From NCBI GenBank assembly GCA_034521815.1, contig JAXHLW010000013.1:1376001-1440000 (forward strand): DNA of 64,000 nt. Reading direction: 5' to 3'. This document shows positions 10,828 to 20,483 of this stretch, piece after piece. Position 1 is the stretch's first letter. Each line of letters starts with the position of its first letter. Made by a program: the position numbers and the translations under genes. The notes under the pieces were generated by a model. That model did no database searches. It was not told where the DNA came from and saw nothing but the letters and a program-made list of their open reading frames with translations. This DNA is from Trueperaceae bacterium (lineage in GTDB: Bacteria; Deinococcota; Deinococci; Deinococcales; Trueperaceae).

Positions 10828-12152
10828 AACGCATCCTCGTCACCCTCGTCGTCCTGTCCTGCAGCCTGGCCTTCGCCCAGCTGCAGGTGTGGACCACCCA
10901 GGTCCAACCCGAGCGCATGGCGGTTCAGGAAGCGCTCGCTGCCGACTTCCTGGCCGAGACCGACATCTCGGTCGACTTCATTCCGGTCGAGGAGTCCGAT
11001 CTCTCGACCCGGATCACCGCCGCCTTCTCGGCCGGCGACCTGCCCGACCTCATCTACCACCCGGTCAGCCAGACCATCGGCTGGGCCGAGGCCGGCATCC
11101 TCGACGTCGACGCCGCTAGCGCCACGATCGACGCGCTGGGCGCGGGCACCTTCGCTCAAGGCCTGCTGAACCTGACGCAGACGCCGAACGGCTACGCGGC
11201 GGTTCCCAGCGACGGTTGGACGCAGCTGCTGATCTACCGCTCCGATCTGTTCGAGGAGGCCGGCCTGGAAGCGCCGACCACCTTCGCCGCGATCGAGGCC
11301 GCCGCCGAGGCGCTCCATTCGCCTCCCGAGATGTACGGCTTCGTGGCCGCGACCGACGTGAATAACGACTACACCATGCAGGTGCTCGAGCACTTCTTCC
11401 TCGCCAACGGCGTGCACCTGGTCGCCGACGACGGCAGCATCGGCCTCGAGACCGAGCCCACCATCGCCACGCTCGAGTTCTACAAGACGCTGGCCGACGT
11501 CAGCCCCCCAGGGAACCTGTACTGGCAGCAGTCGCGCGAGCTCTACTTCGACGGTCGCGCCGCGATGATCGTCTGGTCGCCGTTCATTCTGGACGAGATG
11601 GCGGGCCTGCGCGACGCCGCCCCCGTCACGATCAGCGACGATCCCACCACCCGCGATCTGGCGTCGATCACCGGCATCGTGACGAACCTCGCCGGCCCCG
11701 ACAACCCTGAAGGCGCCGGCTGGGCCGCGTCCAGCAACTGGGGCATCACCGTCGACGCCGACACCGAGGCGGCGCAGAGCTTCGTCGAGTTCGTGCTCAG
11801 CGGCGACGGCTACCTGTCGTGGCTGTCGATGGCGCCCGAAGGCCTGTTCCCCGCCCGCTCCGGCACGACCGAGAACCCCACCGCGTTCGTCGACGGCTGG
11901 TCGCAGCTCGACGTCGGCGTCGATCGCCGCGCGCCCCTCGCCGAGCTGTACGGCGAAGAGGTCGTGAACGACATCGTCGCCGGCCTCCAGGTCGCCAACC
12001 GCTGGGCGTACGCCCAGGGCGAGGGCGCGCTGCTCTCGCGCCTGTACGGCACGCGCGTGATGGCCGAGCTGGTCCGCTCCTACCTCGACGGCGAAGCGAC
12101 CGTCGAAGAGACCGCCGAGCGCCTGCAAGCACGCATCTCCGCGCTGCGCTGA
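10824..12152 (+). CDS. Sugar (CUT1) ABC transporter substrate-binding protein
   Basis: Signal peptide, AAGGAGG RBS, GDLPDL and YRSDLFEEAGL motifs. Confidence 0.88.
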   Translation: MKRILVTLVVLSCSLAFAQLQVWTTQVQPERMAVQEALAADFLAETDISVDFIPVEESDLSTRITAAFSAGDLPDLIYHPVSQTIGWAEAGILDVDAASATIDALGAGTFAQGLLNLTQTPNGYAAVPSDGWTQLLIYRSDLFEEAGLEAPTTFAAIEAAAEALHSPPEMYGFVAATDVNNDYTMQVLEHFFLANGVHLVADDGSIGLETEPTIATLEFYKTLADVSPPGNLYWQQSRELYFDGRAAMIVWSPFILDEMAGLRDAAPVTISDDPTTRDLASITGIVTNLAGPDNPEGAGWAASSNWGITVDADTEAAQSFVEFVLSGDGYLSWLSMAPEGLFPARSGTTENPTAFVDGWSQLDVGVDRRAPLAELYGEEVVNDIVAGLQVANRWAYAQGEGALLSRLYGTRVMAELVRSYLDGEATVEETAERLQARISALR

Positions 12153-12160
12153 GCCGCGCC

Positions 12161-12193
12161 CCCGGCGGAACGGGCAGCGCCCGTTCCGCCGGG
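12161..12193 (+). terminator. Strong intergenic stem-loop after the SBP gene (mRNA-stabilising or partial terminator)
   Basis: Perfect 15-bp stem CCCGGCGGAACGGGC-AGC-GCCCGTTCCGCCGGG with no U-tract. Confidence 0.6.
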
Positions 12194-12218
12194 ACCTCCG
12201 TTCCGGAAGGAGACGACC

Positions 12219-13478
12219 GTGCGCGGACGATCCCTCGCCGCACGCGAAGCACGCCTCGCCTATCTGATGTTGGCCCCGACGTTCGTGATCGTCTTCGCGA
12301 TCGTCCTCTTCCCCGTGCTCGCCAATCTATGGATCAGCTTCAAGCCGGTCGAGCTGGCCGATCTTCGGGCTCCTCAGCCGCTCGTCCGGGAACGGATCCG
12401 CGAGACCCCGACCGCGCCGGGCGAGGTGCTCGAGATCCGCTATCAGATGCGCAACAGCTCGATCGACGTCACCATCCGCGACACCGCCCTGTTCGACGAT
12501 CTCCCCCCAGGCCTGACGCTCCGAACGGACGAGCCGCGCTGCGAGCTGGGCGACGGCGCCCTCGCCTGCTCGCTGGGGACGTGGGAGGGCGGCTACCGCG
12601 AGAACCTCGACCTGGAGTTCGAGGCCGGCCCCGCCTACTTCGACGCGGGCGCGCCGACGCCGCTGGACACCACGCCGCAGATGCGCGGCCGCGCGCCCAA
12701 CGTGCTCACCAACGCGACGTTCACGCTGGACAACTTCGTGCGCGTGATGAACGCGCCCGACTTCTGGCCTACCCTGCGCGCCACCCTCTGGTACACGATC
12801 TTCGGAACGATGGGCTCGATCCTGCTGGGCCTGTTCGCCGCCCAGCTGCTGGACGCCGACTTTCGCGGCAAAGGCGCGCTTCGGGGCTTGTTCCTGTTTC
12901 CCTACGTCGCGCCGGTGATCGCCGCGGCGTTCACCTGGGCGTTCCTGCTCGATCCGCTGTCGGGGAACGTGAACGCGGTCCTGCTCGAGTACGGTCTGGT
13001 GGGTGAGGCGATCAACTTCCTGAGCCGCCGGACCACCGAGATCGGCTTCTTCGGACTCACGCTCCAGTGGCCGCTGGCGCTCTCGATGGTGATCCTGTTC
13101 GAAGCCTGGCGCTACTTCCCGTTCGCGTTCCTGTTCATCCTCGCCCGCTTCCAGGCGATCCCGAACGACATGTACGAAGCGGCCGACGTCGACGGCGCCA
13201 GTCCGCTTCAGCGCTTCTGGTTCATCACCCTGCCGCAGCTCGTCGGGATCCTCTCGACGCTGTTCCTGCTGCGCTTCATCTGGACGTTCAACAAGTTCGA
13301 CGACATCTTCCTGCTCACAGGCGGCGCCGCCGGTACGAAGACGCTGACGGTGCAGGTGTACGACCAGGCGTTCGCTCTGGCCGACCTGGGAGCGGGCGCA
13401 GCGGTGGCCGTGATCCTGTTCCTGATTCTGGCGGCGTTCATGACGATCTACTTCCGCTACGCGCCGGAGGGCGACTGA
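12219..13478 (+). CDS. Sugar ABC permease (MalF-like) with an inserted extracytoplasmic Ig/DUF11-like domain
   Basis: EAA loop YEAADVDGASPLQRF; about 110-aa insert after TM1. Confidence 0.87.
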   Translation: MRGRSLAAREARLAYLMLAPTFVIVFAIVLFPVLANLWISFKPVELADLRAPQPLVRERIRETPTAPGEVLEIRYQMRNSSIDVTIRDTALFDDLPPGLTLRTDEPRCELGDGALACSLGTWEGGYRENLDLEFEAGPAYFDAGAPTPLDTTPQMRGRAPNVLTNATFTLDNFVRVMNAPDFWPTLRATLWYTIFGTMGSILLGLFAAQLLDADFRGKGALRGLFLFPYVAPVIAAAFTWAFLLDPLSGNVNAVLLEYGLVGEAINFLSRRTTEIGFFGLTLQWPLALSMVILFEAWRYFPFAFLFILARFQAIPNDMYEAADVDGASPLQRFWFITLPQLVGILSTLFLLRFIWTFNKFDDIFLLTGGAAGTKTLTVQVYDQAFALADLGAGAAVAVILFLILAAFMTIYFRYAPEGD

Positions 13479-14728
13479 TGCTCAGCTCCAGCTCCCCGCA
13501 CACCGTCCGCAGCGCCGCGGGCGTGGCCGTCGGCGTCGTCGTCGGCGCCCTGACCGCCGCGCTCCTCGTCACCGTCTGGAGCCTGCTCGCGACCCTCACC
13601 ACCTCCGGCGTGTCGAGCGCGCCGCTGGGCTGGGCCACGCTGTCGGGCGCGGTCCTGGGCGCGGTGATCATCGCGTTGCGGCGCGGCAAGGACACCCCCG
13701 CTCCGGCCGCCTGGGCCGCTGGCGCCGCGGTGGGCGCCGCCTGGGCCGTCATCTCGTCCGGCACGCCGCTGGGCTTCGCCCATCCGTTCTGGGGCGCGCC
13801 CGCCGCGGTCTTGGTGTTCACCGCGATCGGCCAGACGACCCGCTACGGACTTCGCGACCTGGATCTCGGCCGCATCGACCGGTCCCGCTTCGAGATCCTG
13901 CTGCTGCGCGGCCTGCGCGCACTGGGGTTCACCTTCTTCCTGGCGATCGTGATCCTGCCGTTCTGGTTCATGCTGTCCTCCTCGTTCAAGCCGCGCGCCG
14001 AGCTGCTGCGCGATCCGACGAACCTGGCGATCGACCTGTCGCGCGGGCTGTCCGAGCTGTTCGTCGGCTACCGCGAGGTGCTGGTCACATTCGACTTCGC
14101 CCGCTTCATCCTGAACAGCACCTTCGTCGCGAGCGTCACCGTCATCGTCACGCTGGCGCTGGCGGTGATGGGCGCGTACGCCGTGACGCGGCTGCGCTTC
14201 CCTGGACGCGAATGGCTGTCGCGCTCGATCCTGCTGATCTACATGTTCCCGGCCATCGTCATGGTCATCCCGCTCTACACGATCTTCAGTCAGCTGGGGC
14301 TGCGCGACACGCTGCCGGGCCTGCTGATCGTCTACCCCGCGACCACGCTGCCGGTAGCGCTGTACATGCTGAGAAGCTACTTCCAGACCTTGCCGAAGGA
14401 CCTCGAGGAGGCCGGCCTGATCGACGGGGCCACGCGCTTCGGGGTGATCATGCGGATCACGCTGCCGCTGTCGCTGCCGGCGCTGGCGTCCGTCGGCCTC
14501 TACGTCTTCATGATCGCGTGGAACGAGTTCCTGTTCGCGTTCATGTTCCTGGACACGCCCGCCATCTTCACGCTGTCGCGGGGGATGGTCGCGCTGAACT
14601 CGCAGGAGGTGCCGCGCCAGTTCCTGATGGCGGGCGCGGTGATCGTGACCGTCCCGATCATGGTGCTGTTCTTCTGGTTCGAGAAGTACCTCGTCGGCGG
14701 CCTCACCGCGGGAGGGGTGAAGGGATGA
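13478..14728 (+). CDS. Sugar ABC permease (MalG-like) with extra N-terminal TM helices
   Basis: LEEAGLIDGAT, AWNEFLFA and C-terminal GLTAGGVKG; TGATG coupling to the upstream gene. Confidence 0.87.
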   Translation: MLSSSSPHTVRSAAGVAVGVVVGALTAALLVTVWSLLATLTTSGVSSAPLGWATLSGAVLGAVIIALRRGKDTPAPAAWAAGAAVGAAWAVISSGTPLGFAHPFWGAPAAVLVFTAIGQTTRYGLRDLDLGRIDRSRFEILLLRGLRALGFTFFLAIVILPFWFMLSSSFKPRAELLRDPTNLAIDLSRGLSELFVGYREVLVTFDFARFILNSTFVASVTVIVTLALAVMGAYAVTRLRFPGREWLSRSILLIYMFPAIVMVIPLYTIFSQLGLRDTLPGLLIVYPATTLPVALYMLRSYFQTLPKDLEEAGLIDGATRFGVIMRITLPLSLPALASVGLYVFMIAWNEFLFAFMFLDTPAIFTLSRGMVALNSQEVPRQFLMAGAVIVTVPIMVLFFWFEKYLVGGLTAGGVKG

Positions 14729-16074
14729 CCTCGGACGTCGACGACGACCAGCTCGTCCGCGACGACGAGCTGGTGCGAGCCGCGCTGGCGCAGCTTCGCG
14801 CCAACGACGTCGGGACGTTCGTGAAGCCGGCCGAGCGGCAGTACCCGCACCAGTGGAACTGGGACGCGGCGCTGGTCGCGCTGGGCCTCGGCCTGCACGA
14901 CCCCGAGCGGGCACGCCTGGAGGTGCGCTCGCTGCTGCGGGGCGCGTGGCGCGACGGCATGGTGCCGCACATCCTGTACCACCTCGGCGCCAGCGACTAC
15001 CGCCCGGCCCCCGACTTCTGGCGCACCGAGCAGCGCCACCCGGCCGGCCTGCCCACCTCCGGCCTGAGCCAACCGCCGATCCTGGCCAGCTGCCTGCACC
15101 GCCTGCACGCCCTGTCGCCCGACGGCCAGGAGACCGCCTGGCGGGAGTTCCTGGCCGAGACCTACCCCGCGCTGCTGGCCTGGCACCGCTGGTGGCACCG
15201 CGAGCGTGATCCGGAGGGCCGCGGCCTGGTCGCGATCGTGCATCCGTGGGAGTCCGGCACGGACGACGCGCCCCGCTTCGTCCCGGCGCTGACCCGGTTG
15301 CGACCGACGACGGTTCCCGAGTTCGTCCGCGGCGACCGCACCCACGTCCCGGCCACCGAGCGCCCCAGCGACGACGACTACGCGCGGTTCGTGCACCTCA
15401 TCGACGTGTACCGGACGCTCGGCTGGGATCCCGCCGCCGTCTGGCGCGAGGCGCCGTTCCGCGTCGTCGACCCGTTCGTGAACGCGGTCCTGCACCGTGC
15501 CGACGGCGACCTGGCGTCGATCGCGCGCCTGCTGGGCGAGCCGACCGACGAGATCGAGGCGTGGCTCGACGCGACCCGCCAGGCGTACCAGGGGCTGTGG
15601 AGCGACGACGCGGGCACCTTCCTGGCGTGGGACGACCGGGCCGAGACCTCGCTCCCCAGCTCCGGCATCGCCGGCTTCGCGGCGTTGTGGGGCCGGCTCG
15701 CGACCCCGCTGCAGGTCGAAGCGCTGCGCGCCGCGTTCGACGACCCCGCCGGGTACGCGCCCGTGGGTCCGGACGGCGTCAGACTGGCGACCGTGCGCCA
15801 CGACGATCCGCTGTTCACGCCCAGACGCTACTGGCGTGGACCGGTGTGGATCGTCACGAACTGGATGGTGGCGGACGGCTTCGACGCCGCCGGCATGCAC
15901 GACGCGTCCGCCACGCTACGCGCCGACGCGCTGTCCCTGACCCGCAGGCACGGTTTCCACGAACACTACGATCCGACGGACGGCACGCCGGGAGGCGCGC
16001 GCGGGTTCTCGTGGAGCGCGGCGCTGACGCTGGTGCTGGAGCGCGAGGCACGCCCCGCGCAGCTGGAGTCCTGA
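14725..16074 (+). CDS. GH63-like mannosylglycerate/glucosylglycerate hydrolase
   Basis: YPHQWNWDA, SQPP, HPWESGTDD, YWRGPVW and FSWSAAL motifs. Confidence 0.85.
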   Translation: MTSDVDDDQLVRDDELVRAALAQLRANDVGTFVKPAERQYPHQWNWDAALVALGLGLHDPERARLEVRSLLRGAWRDGMVPHILYHLGASDYRPAPDFWRTEQRHPAGLPTSGLSQPPILASCLHRLHALSPDGQETAWREFLAETYPALLAWHRWWHRERDPEGRGLVAIVHPWESGTDDAPRFVPALTRLRPTTVPEFVRGDRTHVPATERPSDDDYARFVHLIDVYRTLGWDPAAVWREAPFRVVDPFVNAVLHRADGDLASIARLLGEPTDEIEAWLDATRQAYQGLWSDDAGTFLAWDDRAETSLPSSGIAGFAALWGRLATPLQVEALRAAFDDPAGYAPVGPDGVRLATVRHDDPLFTPRRYWRGPVWIVTNWMVADGFDAAGMHDASATLRADALSLTRRHGFHEHYDPTDGTPGGARGFSWSAALTLVLEREARPAQLES

Positions 16075-17338
16075 GTGCGCGCGCTCCACCTCGCGACCCG
16101 CCTGGCCGGAACCGACGGCGTCTCGCTCGAGGCGACCAAGGTGGCCCGCGTCCTGGCCGAGCACGGCTTCGAGCGGCTGGACTGCGCCGGCGAGGTCGAG
16201 ACGCCGGGCGCGATCGAGGTGCCCGAGATGCACTTCCGCGATCCGCTCGCGCTGCGCCTGGGCGCCCGCGCGTTCGCGGACGACACGCCCGATTCCGCTC
16301 CCGACCCCGCCCGACCCCGCGCTGGACCGCGAGCTGGACGAGGCGGCCGACCGGCTCGGGGCGCGGCTCTTGGGCGTCGTTCGCGACGTCTCGCCCGACC
16401 TCCTGGTCGTTCAGAACGCCTGGGCCATCCCGATGCAGCTGCCGCTGGCAGGCGCCCTTGCGCAGGTGGCCGAGGCCACCGGCCTCCCGACGCTGTCGCA
16501 CGAGCACGACTACGTTTGGGAGCGCGAGCGCTTCGCGCGAACGCGCATACGTCCCTGGCTGGATCGCTTCTTCCCCTACGACGGACCGAGGATCCGGCAC
16601 CTGGCGATCAACTCGCCGGCGCGGGACGAGCTGCGCGAGCGCCGCGGCATCGACGCCACGGTCGTCCCCAACGTGATGGACTTCGGCGCGCCCACGCCCT
16701 CGCCGGAGCGCGAGGCCGAGGTCCGTGCCGAGGTCCGGGCCGCGCTGGACCTGCGCGCCGGGCAGCGGCTGATCCTCCAGCCCACCCGCGTCGTGCCTCG
16801 CAAGGGGATCGAGCTCGCGATCGAGCTGCTGGCCCGGCTGGACGACCCGCGCAACGTGCTGGTGATCAGCCACGCCGCGGGGGACGAGGGGACCGAGACG
16901 CTGCAGCGGCTCCAGGCGCAAGCCCGGCGTACGGGCGTGGACCTGCGCTACGCCGCCGAGCTCTTCGCTCCGGAGCGAAGCGCCGGCCGCTTCGCGCTGG
17001 ACGACGCCTACCTGGCCGCCGACGTCGTGACCTACCCGAGCCTGGTCGAAGGGTTCGGGAACGCCCTGCTCGAAACCATCGCGTACCGCAGGCCCGCGGT
17101 CGTGAACCGGTACCCCGTGTACGTGCGCGACATCGCGCCGACCGGCGTCCGCTTCGTGGAGCTGAACGGCCGCGTGGACGACGCATCGGTGGACGCGATG
17201 CGCCGGCTCCTGAACGATCCCGCAGCGAGGGAGGCGATGGTGGAGCACAACCATGCTGTCGCGAGCCGCGCCTTCGGCCTGCCGGCGCTGCGCGAGCGGC
17301 TGGCCGGACCGTTGCGTTCGCTGGGGCTGGCGGCATGA
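16075..17338 (+). CDS. GT4 glycosyltransferase, mannosylglucosylglycerate-synthase-like (frameshift at 16301-16320)
   Basis: N-terminal RLAGTDGVSLE; HEHDYVWERERF, QPTRVVPRKGIE and EGFGNALLE are in the downstream frame. Confidence 0.8.
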
Positions 17339-19086
17339 CCCGTCGCTCGACCGACCGCACGCCCGGGGACGCGACCGGCGACGCGACCGGCCGCGCCGAC
17401 GACGCGATCGGGCGCGAGGCGCGCGCGGTGTACGGCGACCGCGGCGACGCCGTCGCGGACGCGCTGCGAGCGCTCGCGGCCCGGTTTCGAGCCTCGGCCG
17501 ACCACGAGCCGGTCCCGCCCGCGCGACGGATGACCGAGGACGATTCGATCCTGATCACGTACCCGGGTGCGATCCGCCGGCCGGACGAGGCGCCGCTGCG
17601 GACGCTGGGCAGCTGGCTGCGCGGCCCGCTGGCGAACACCGTGTCGACCGTGCACCTGTTGCCGTTCTACCCCTGGTCGTCGGACGACGGCTTCGCGGTG
17701 AAGGACTACCGCGCCGTCGCGCCTCAGTACGGCTCGTGGGACGATGTGCACGCTCTTCGCAACGATCATCGGCTGATGGTCGACGCGGTCGTGAACCACG
17801 CCTCCGCCCAGGGCGACTGGTTCGACCGGTTCCTTCGTGACGAGGCCCCGTACCGCGACTGGTTCCGAACCGAGGCCCCCGACGCCGACGTCGCCGCGAC
17901 CGTGCGGCCTCGAACCACGCCGCTGCTCACGCCGTTCGAGACCGCCGCCGGTCGCCGCTGGGCCTGGACGACGTTCGGCCCCGACCAGGTGGACCTGGAC
18001 TACCGCGAGCCCAGCCTGCTGCTCGAGATCGCCGGCGTCCTGCTGGCATACGTGGGCCACGGCGCCGAGGTGCTGCGCATGGACGCGGTGACGTACCTCT
18101 GGAAGGAGCTGGGCACGCCCAGCGTGCACCACCCGAAGACGCACGGGCTGCTGCGCCTGATGCGAGCGGTGCTGGAGGAGGCCGCGCCCTGGGTCGTGCT
18201 GTTGACCGAGACGAACGTGCCGCACGCAGAAAACGTCTCGTACTTCGGCGATGGCCGCGACGAGGCGCAGATGGTGTACAACTTCGCGCTGCCACCGCTG
18301 ATGCTGCACACGGTCGCATCGGGCGACGCCACGGTCCTCCGCGACTGGGCGGGCACGCTGGGCACCCCGAGCGACCAGACCTGGTTCCTGAACTTCCTGG
18401 CCAGCCACGACGGGATCGGCGTCCGACCGGTCGAGGCGCTGCTTCCCCGCTCGGCGGTGGACGCCCTGGTGGACCGCACGCGCAAGCAGGGCGGCGGGCT
18501 GGGCCGAAAGCGGAACGCCGACGGGACCGAGAGCACCTACGAGCTGAACGTGAACTACTTCGACGCGCTGTGCGATCCGGACCACGAGGAGCGTCTGGAC
18601 CGTCAGGTGGACCGCTTTGCGGCGGCCCACGCCGTGATGGCCGCGCTTCCGGGCGTGCCCTCGGTGTACCTGCACAGCCTGCTGGGCTCGCGTGGCTCCC
18701 CCGAGCTGGCCGCACGCCACGGCGTCCCGCGGGCGGTGAACCGAGCGCAATTGGACTCGGAGACCTTGAGCCGCGAGCTGGCCGATCCGCGAGGTCGACG
18801 CGCTCGCGTCCTCGCCGCGATCCGAGCGCTACTCCGGGCGCGCCGGGGTCGGCCCGCGTTCCACCCGAGCGCTCCGTCGACGGTGCTGGACGCGCCACCG
18901 GGGGTGTTCGCCGTTCGGCGTGGCGTCGAGGAGCGGACCGTCACGTGCATCCAGGAGCTGGCCGGGCGGGACGCGACGGTCCGCGTCCAGCGAGGCGGAC
19001 GCGAGCTGCTCAGCGGACGCCAGATCGAGCCCGGTACCGTTCCGGTACGCCCGTACCAGGTGCTCTGGATCGACGACACCGGCTGA
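17335..19086 (+). CDS. GH13_18 sugar phosphorylase, glucosylglycerate phosphorylase (YcjM)-like
   Basis: HLLPFYPWSSDDGF, WTTFGPDQVDL, RMDAV, TETNVPH, FLASHDGIG and YELNVNY motifs. Confidence 0.85.
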   Translation: MTRRSTDRTPGDATGDATGRADDAIGREARAVYGDRGDAVADALRALAARFRASADHEPVPPARRMTEDDSILITYPGAIRRPDEAPLRTLGSWLRGPLANTVSTVHLLPFYPWSSDDGFAVKDYRAVAPQYGSWDDVHALRNDHRLMVDAVVNHASAQGDWFDRFLRDEAPYRDWFRTEAPDADVAATVRPRTTPLLTPFETAAGRRWAWTTFGPDQVDLDYREPSLLLEIAGVLLAYVGHGAEVLRMDAVTYLWKELGTPSVHHPKTHGLLRLMRAVLEEAAPWVVLLTETNVPHAENVSYFGDGRDEAQMVYNFALPPLMLHTVASGDATVLRDWAGTLGTPSDQTWFLNFLASHDGIGVRPVEALLPRSAVDALVDRTRKQGGGLGRKRNADGTESTYELNVNYFDALCDPDHEERLDRQVDRFAAAHAVMAALPGVPSVYLHSLLGSRGSPELAARHGVPRAVNRAQLDSETLSRELADPRGRRARVLAAIRALLRARRGRPAFHPSAPSTVLDAPPGVFAVRRGVEERTVTCIQELAGRDATVRVQRGGRELLSGRQIEPGTVPVRPYQVLWIDDTG

Positions 19087-19197
19087 CCGCCGGTCCGACG
19101 TCCGCTTCCGTCCGCCCGTGCGACTCCGCTCTCGCGGGTGTACCGATTCGCGGGTACCCACCGCGCCTCAGGCCTCGTCGGCGTGGTCCCCTCGGGC

Positions 19198-20364
19198 ATG
19201 GACGACAAGCGGATCGGCACCCGCGCGGTGCACGCCGGGGCCGGCCTGGACCCCACCACCGGCGCGCACGCGACCCCCATCGTGCAGACCTCGACGTTCG
19301 GCTACCGCTCGTTCGCGCGGGGCGAGCGCCTGTTCGCCGGCGACGAGGAGGGGTACCTGTACAGCCGCGTCGGCAACCCCACCGTCGCCGCGTTCGAGCG
19401 CTCCCTCGCGGACCTCGAGGGCGCCGAGGCCGCCGTGGCCTTCTCGAGCGGCATGGCCGCCATCGCGGCGCTGGCGTTCACGGTGCTCGCGCCGGGGCAG
19501 CGGATCGCCTACCTCGGTCCGCTCTACGGCGGCTCGGAGGGGCTGTTCCTGGACGTCCTGCAGCGCTTCGGCGTTCCCGTGCGGGCGGTCGGCGCGGACG
19601 ACCTGTCCCACGGCCTCGAGGCCGACACCGGCATGGTCCATCTCGAGACGCCGACCAACCCCACCCTGCGCCTGCACGACCTCCGCGCTGCGGCCGACGC
19701 CGCGCACGCCGTGGGCGCGCTGTGCGTCGCGGACAACACCTTCTCGACACCGATCCTGACGCGGCCGCTGGAGCACGGCGTCGACGTCGTGGTGCACTCG
19801 GCCACGAAGTACCTGGGCGGGCACGGCGACGCCCTGGGCGGCGTGCTGGCCGGCCCGGCCGAGCTCATGGGCGAGATCCGCATGGAGGGGCTCCGGCACC
19901 TCGGCGGCGCGCTGGGTCCGCTCGAGGCGTTCCTGTTCATCCGCGGGCTCAAGACCTTGCCGCTCCGCATGGAGCGCCACTGCGCCAACGCTCGGCGCGT
20001 CGCCGAGGCGTTGCACGGCCACCCCGCGCTCGCGGAGGTGCACTGGCCCGGCTTCGAGGACCACCCCGAGCACGCCCTGGCCCGCCGCCAGATGGCCGAC
20101 TTCGGCGGCATGGTGGCGCTGGAGCTGAAGGGCGGCAAGCCCGCCGCCGCGCGCTTCCTGGACCGCCTGACGCTGTTCACGCAGGCGGTCTCGCTGGGCG
20201 ACGTCGAGTCGCTGGCCACGCACCCGGCCAGCACCACCCACCAGCTGCTGGACGAGACGCTGCGGCTGGAGCAGGGCGTCACCGACGGGCTGGTACGACT
20301 CTCGGTCGGGATCGAGGATGCGGAGGACCTGGTGGAGGACGTGCTGCAGGCGCTGTCGGGCTAG
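19198..20364 (+). CDS. PLP-dependent methionine gamma-lyase / cystathionine gamma-synthase family enzyme
   Basis: YSRVGNPT, SGMAAI, ETPTNP, HSATKYLGGHGD and AVSLGDVESL motifs. Confidence 0.9.
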   Translation: MDDKRIGTRAVHAGAGLDPTTGAHATPIVQTSTFGYRSFARGERLFAGDEEGYLYSRVGNPTVAAFERSLADLEGAEAAVAFSSGMAAIAALAFTVLAPGQRIAYLGPLYGGSEGLFLDVLQRFGVPVRAVGADDLSHGLEADTGMVHLETPTNPTLRLHDLRAAADAAHAVGALCVADNTFSTPILTRPLEHGVDVVVHSATKYLGGHGDALGGVLAGPAELMGEIRMEGLRHLGGALGPLEAFLFIRGLKTLPLRMERHCANARRVAEALHGHPALAEVHWPGFEDHPEHALARRQMADFGGMVALELKGGKPAAARFLDRLTLFTQAVSLGDVESLATHPASTTHQLLDETLRLEQGVTDGLVRLSVGIEDAEDLVEDVLQALSG

Positions 20365-20483
20365 CGCGCGCCGAGGCGTGGCGGCTACCACGCGATCACG
20401 ATCGGCCGAGAACGCCCGATCGGTGAACACGCCTTCACGCCCCTCGGACATCGATCGTCCTGCAGCGATGCTAGGTTTTCACC

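Noticed and set aside
16075-19086. 1003-aa ORF suggesting a glycosyltransferase-phosphorylase fusion
   Set aside because: The middle section is out-of-frame Arg/Ala/Gly-rich sequence. The real GT continues in ORF 16370-17338 and the phosphorylase has its own ATG at 17335.
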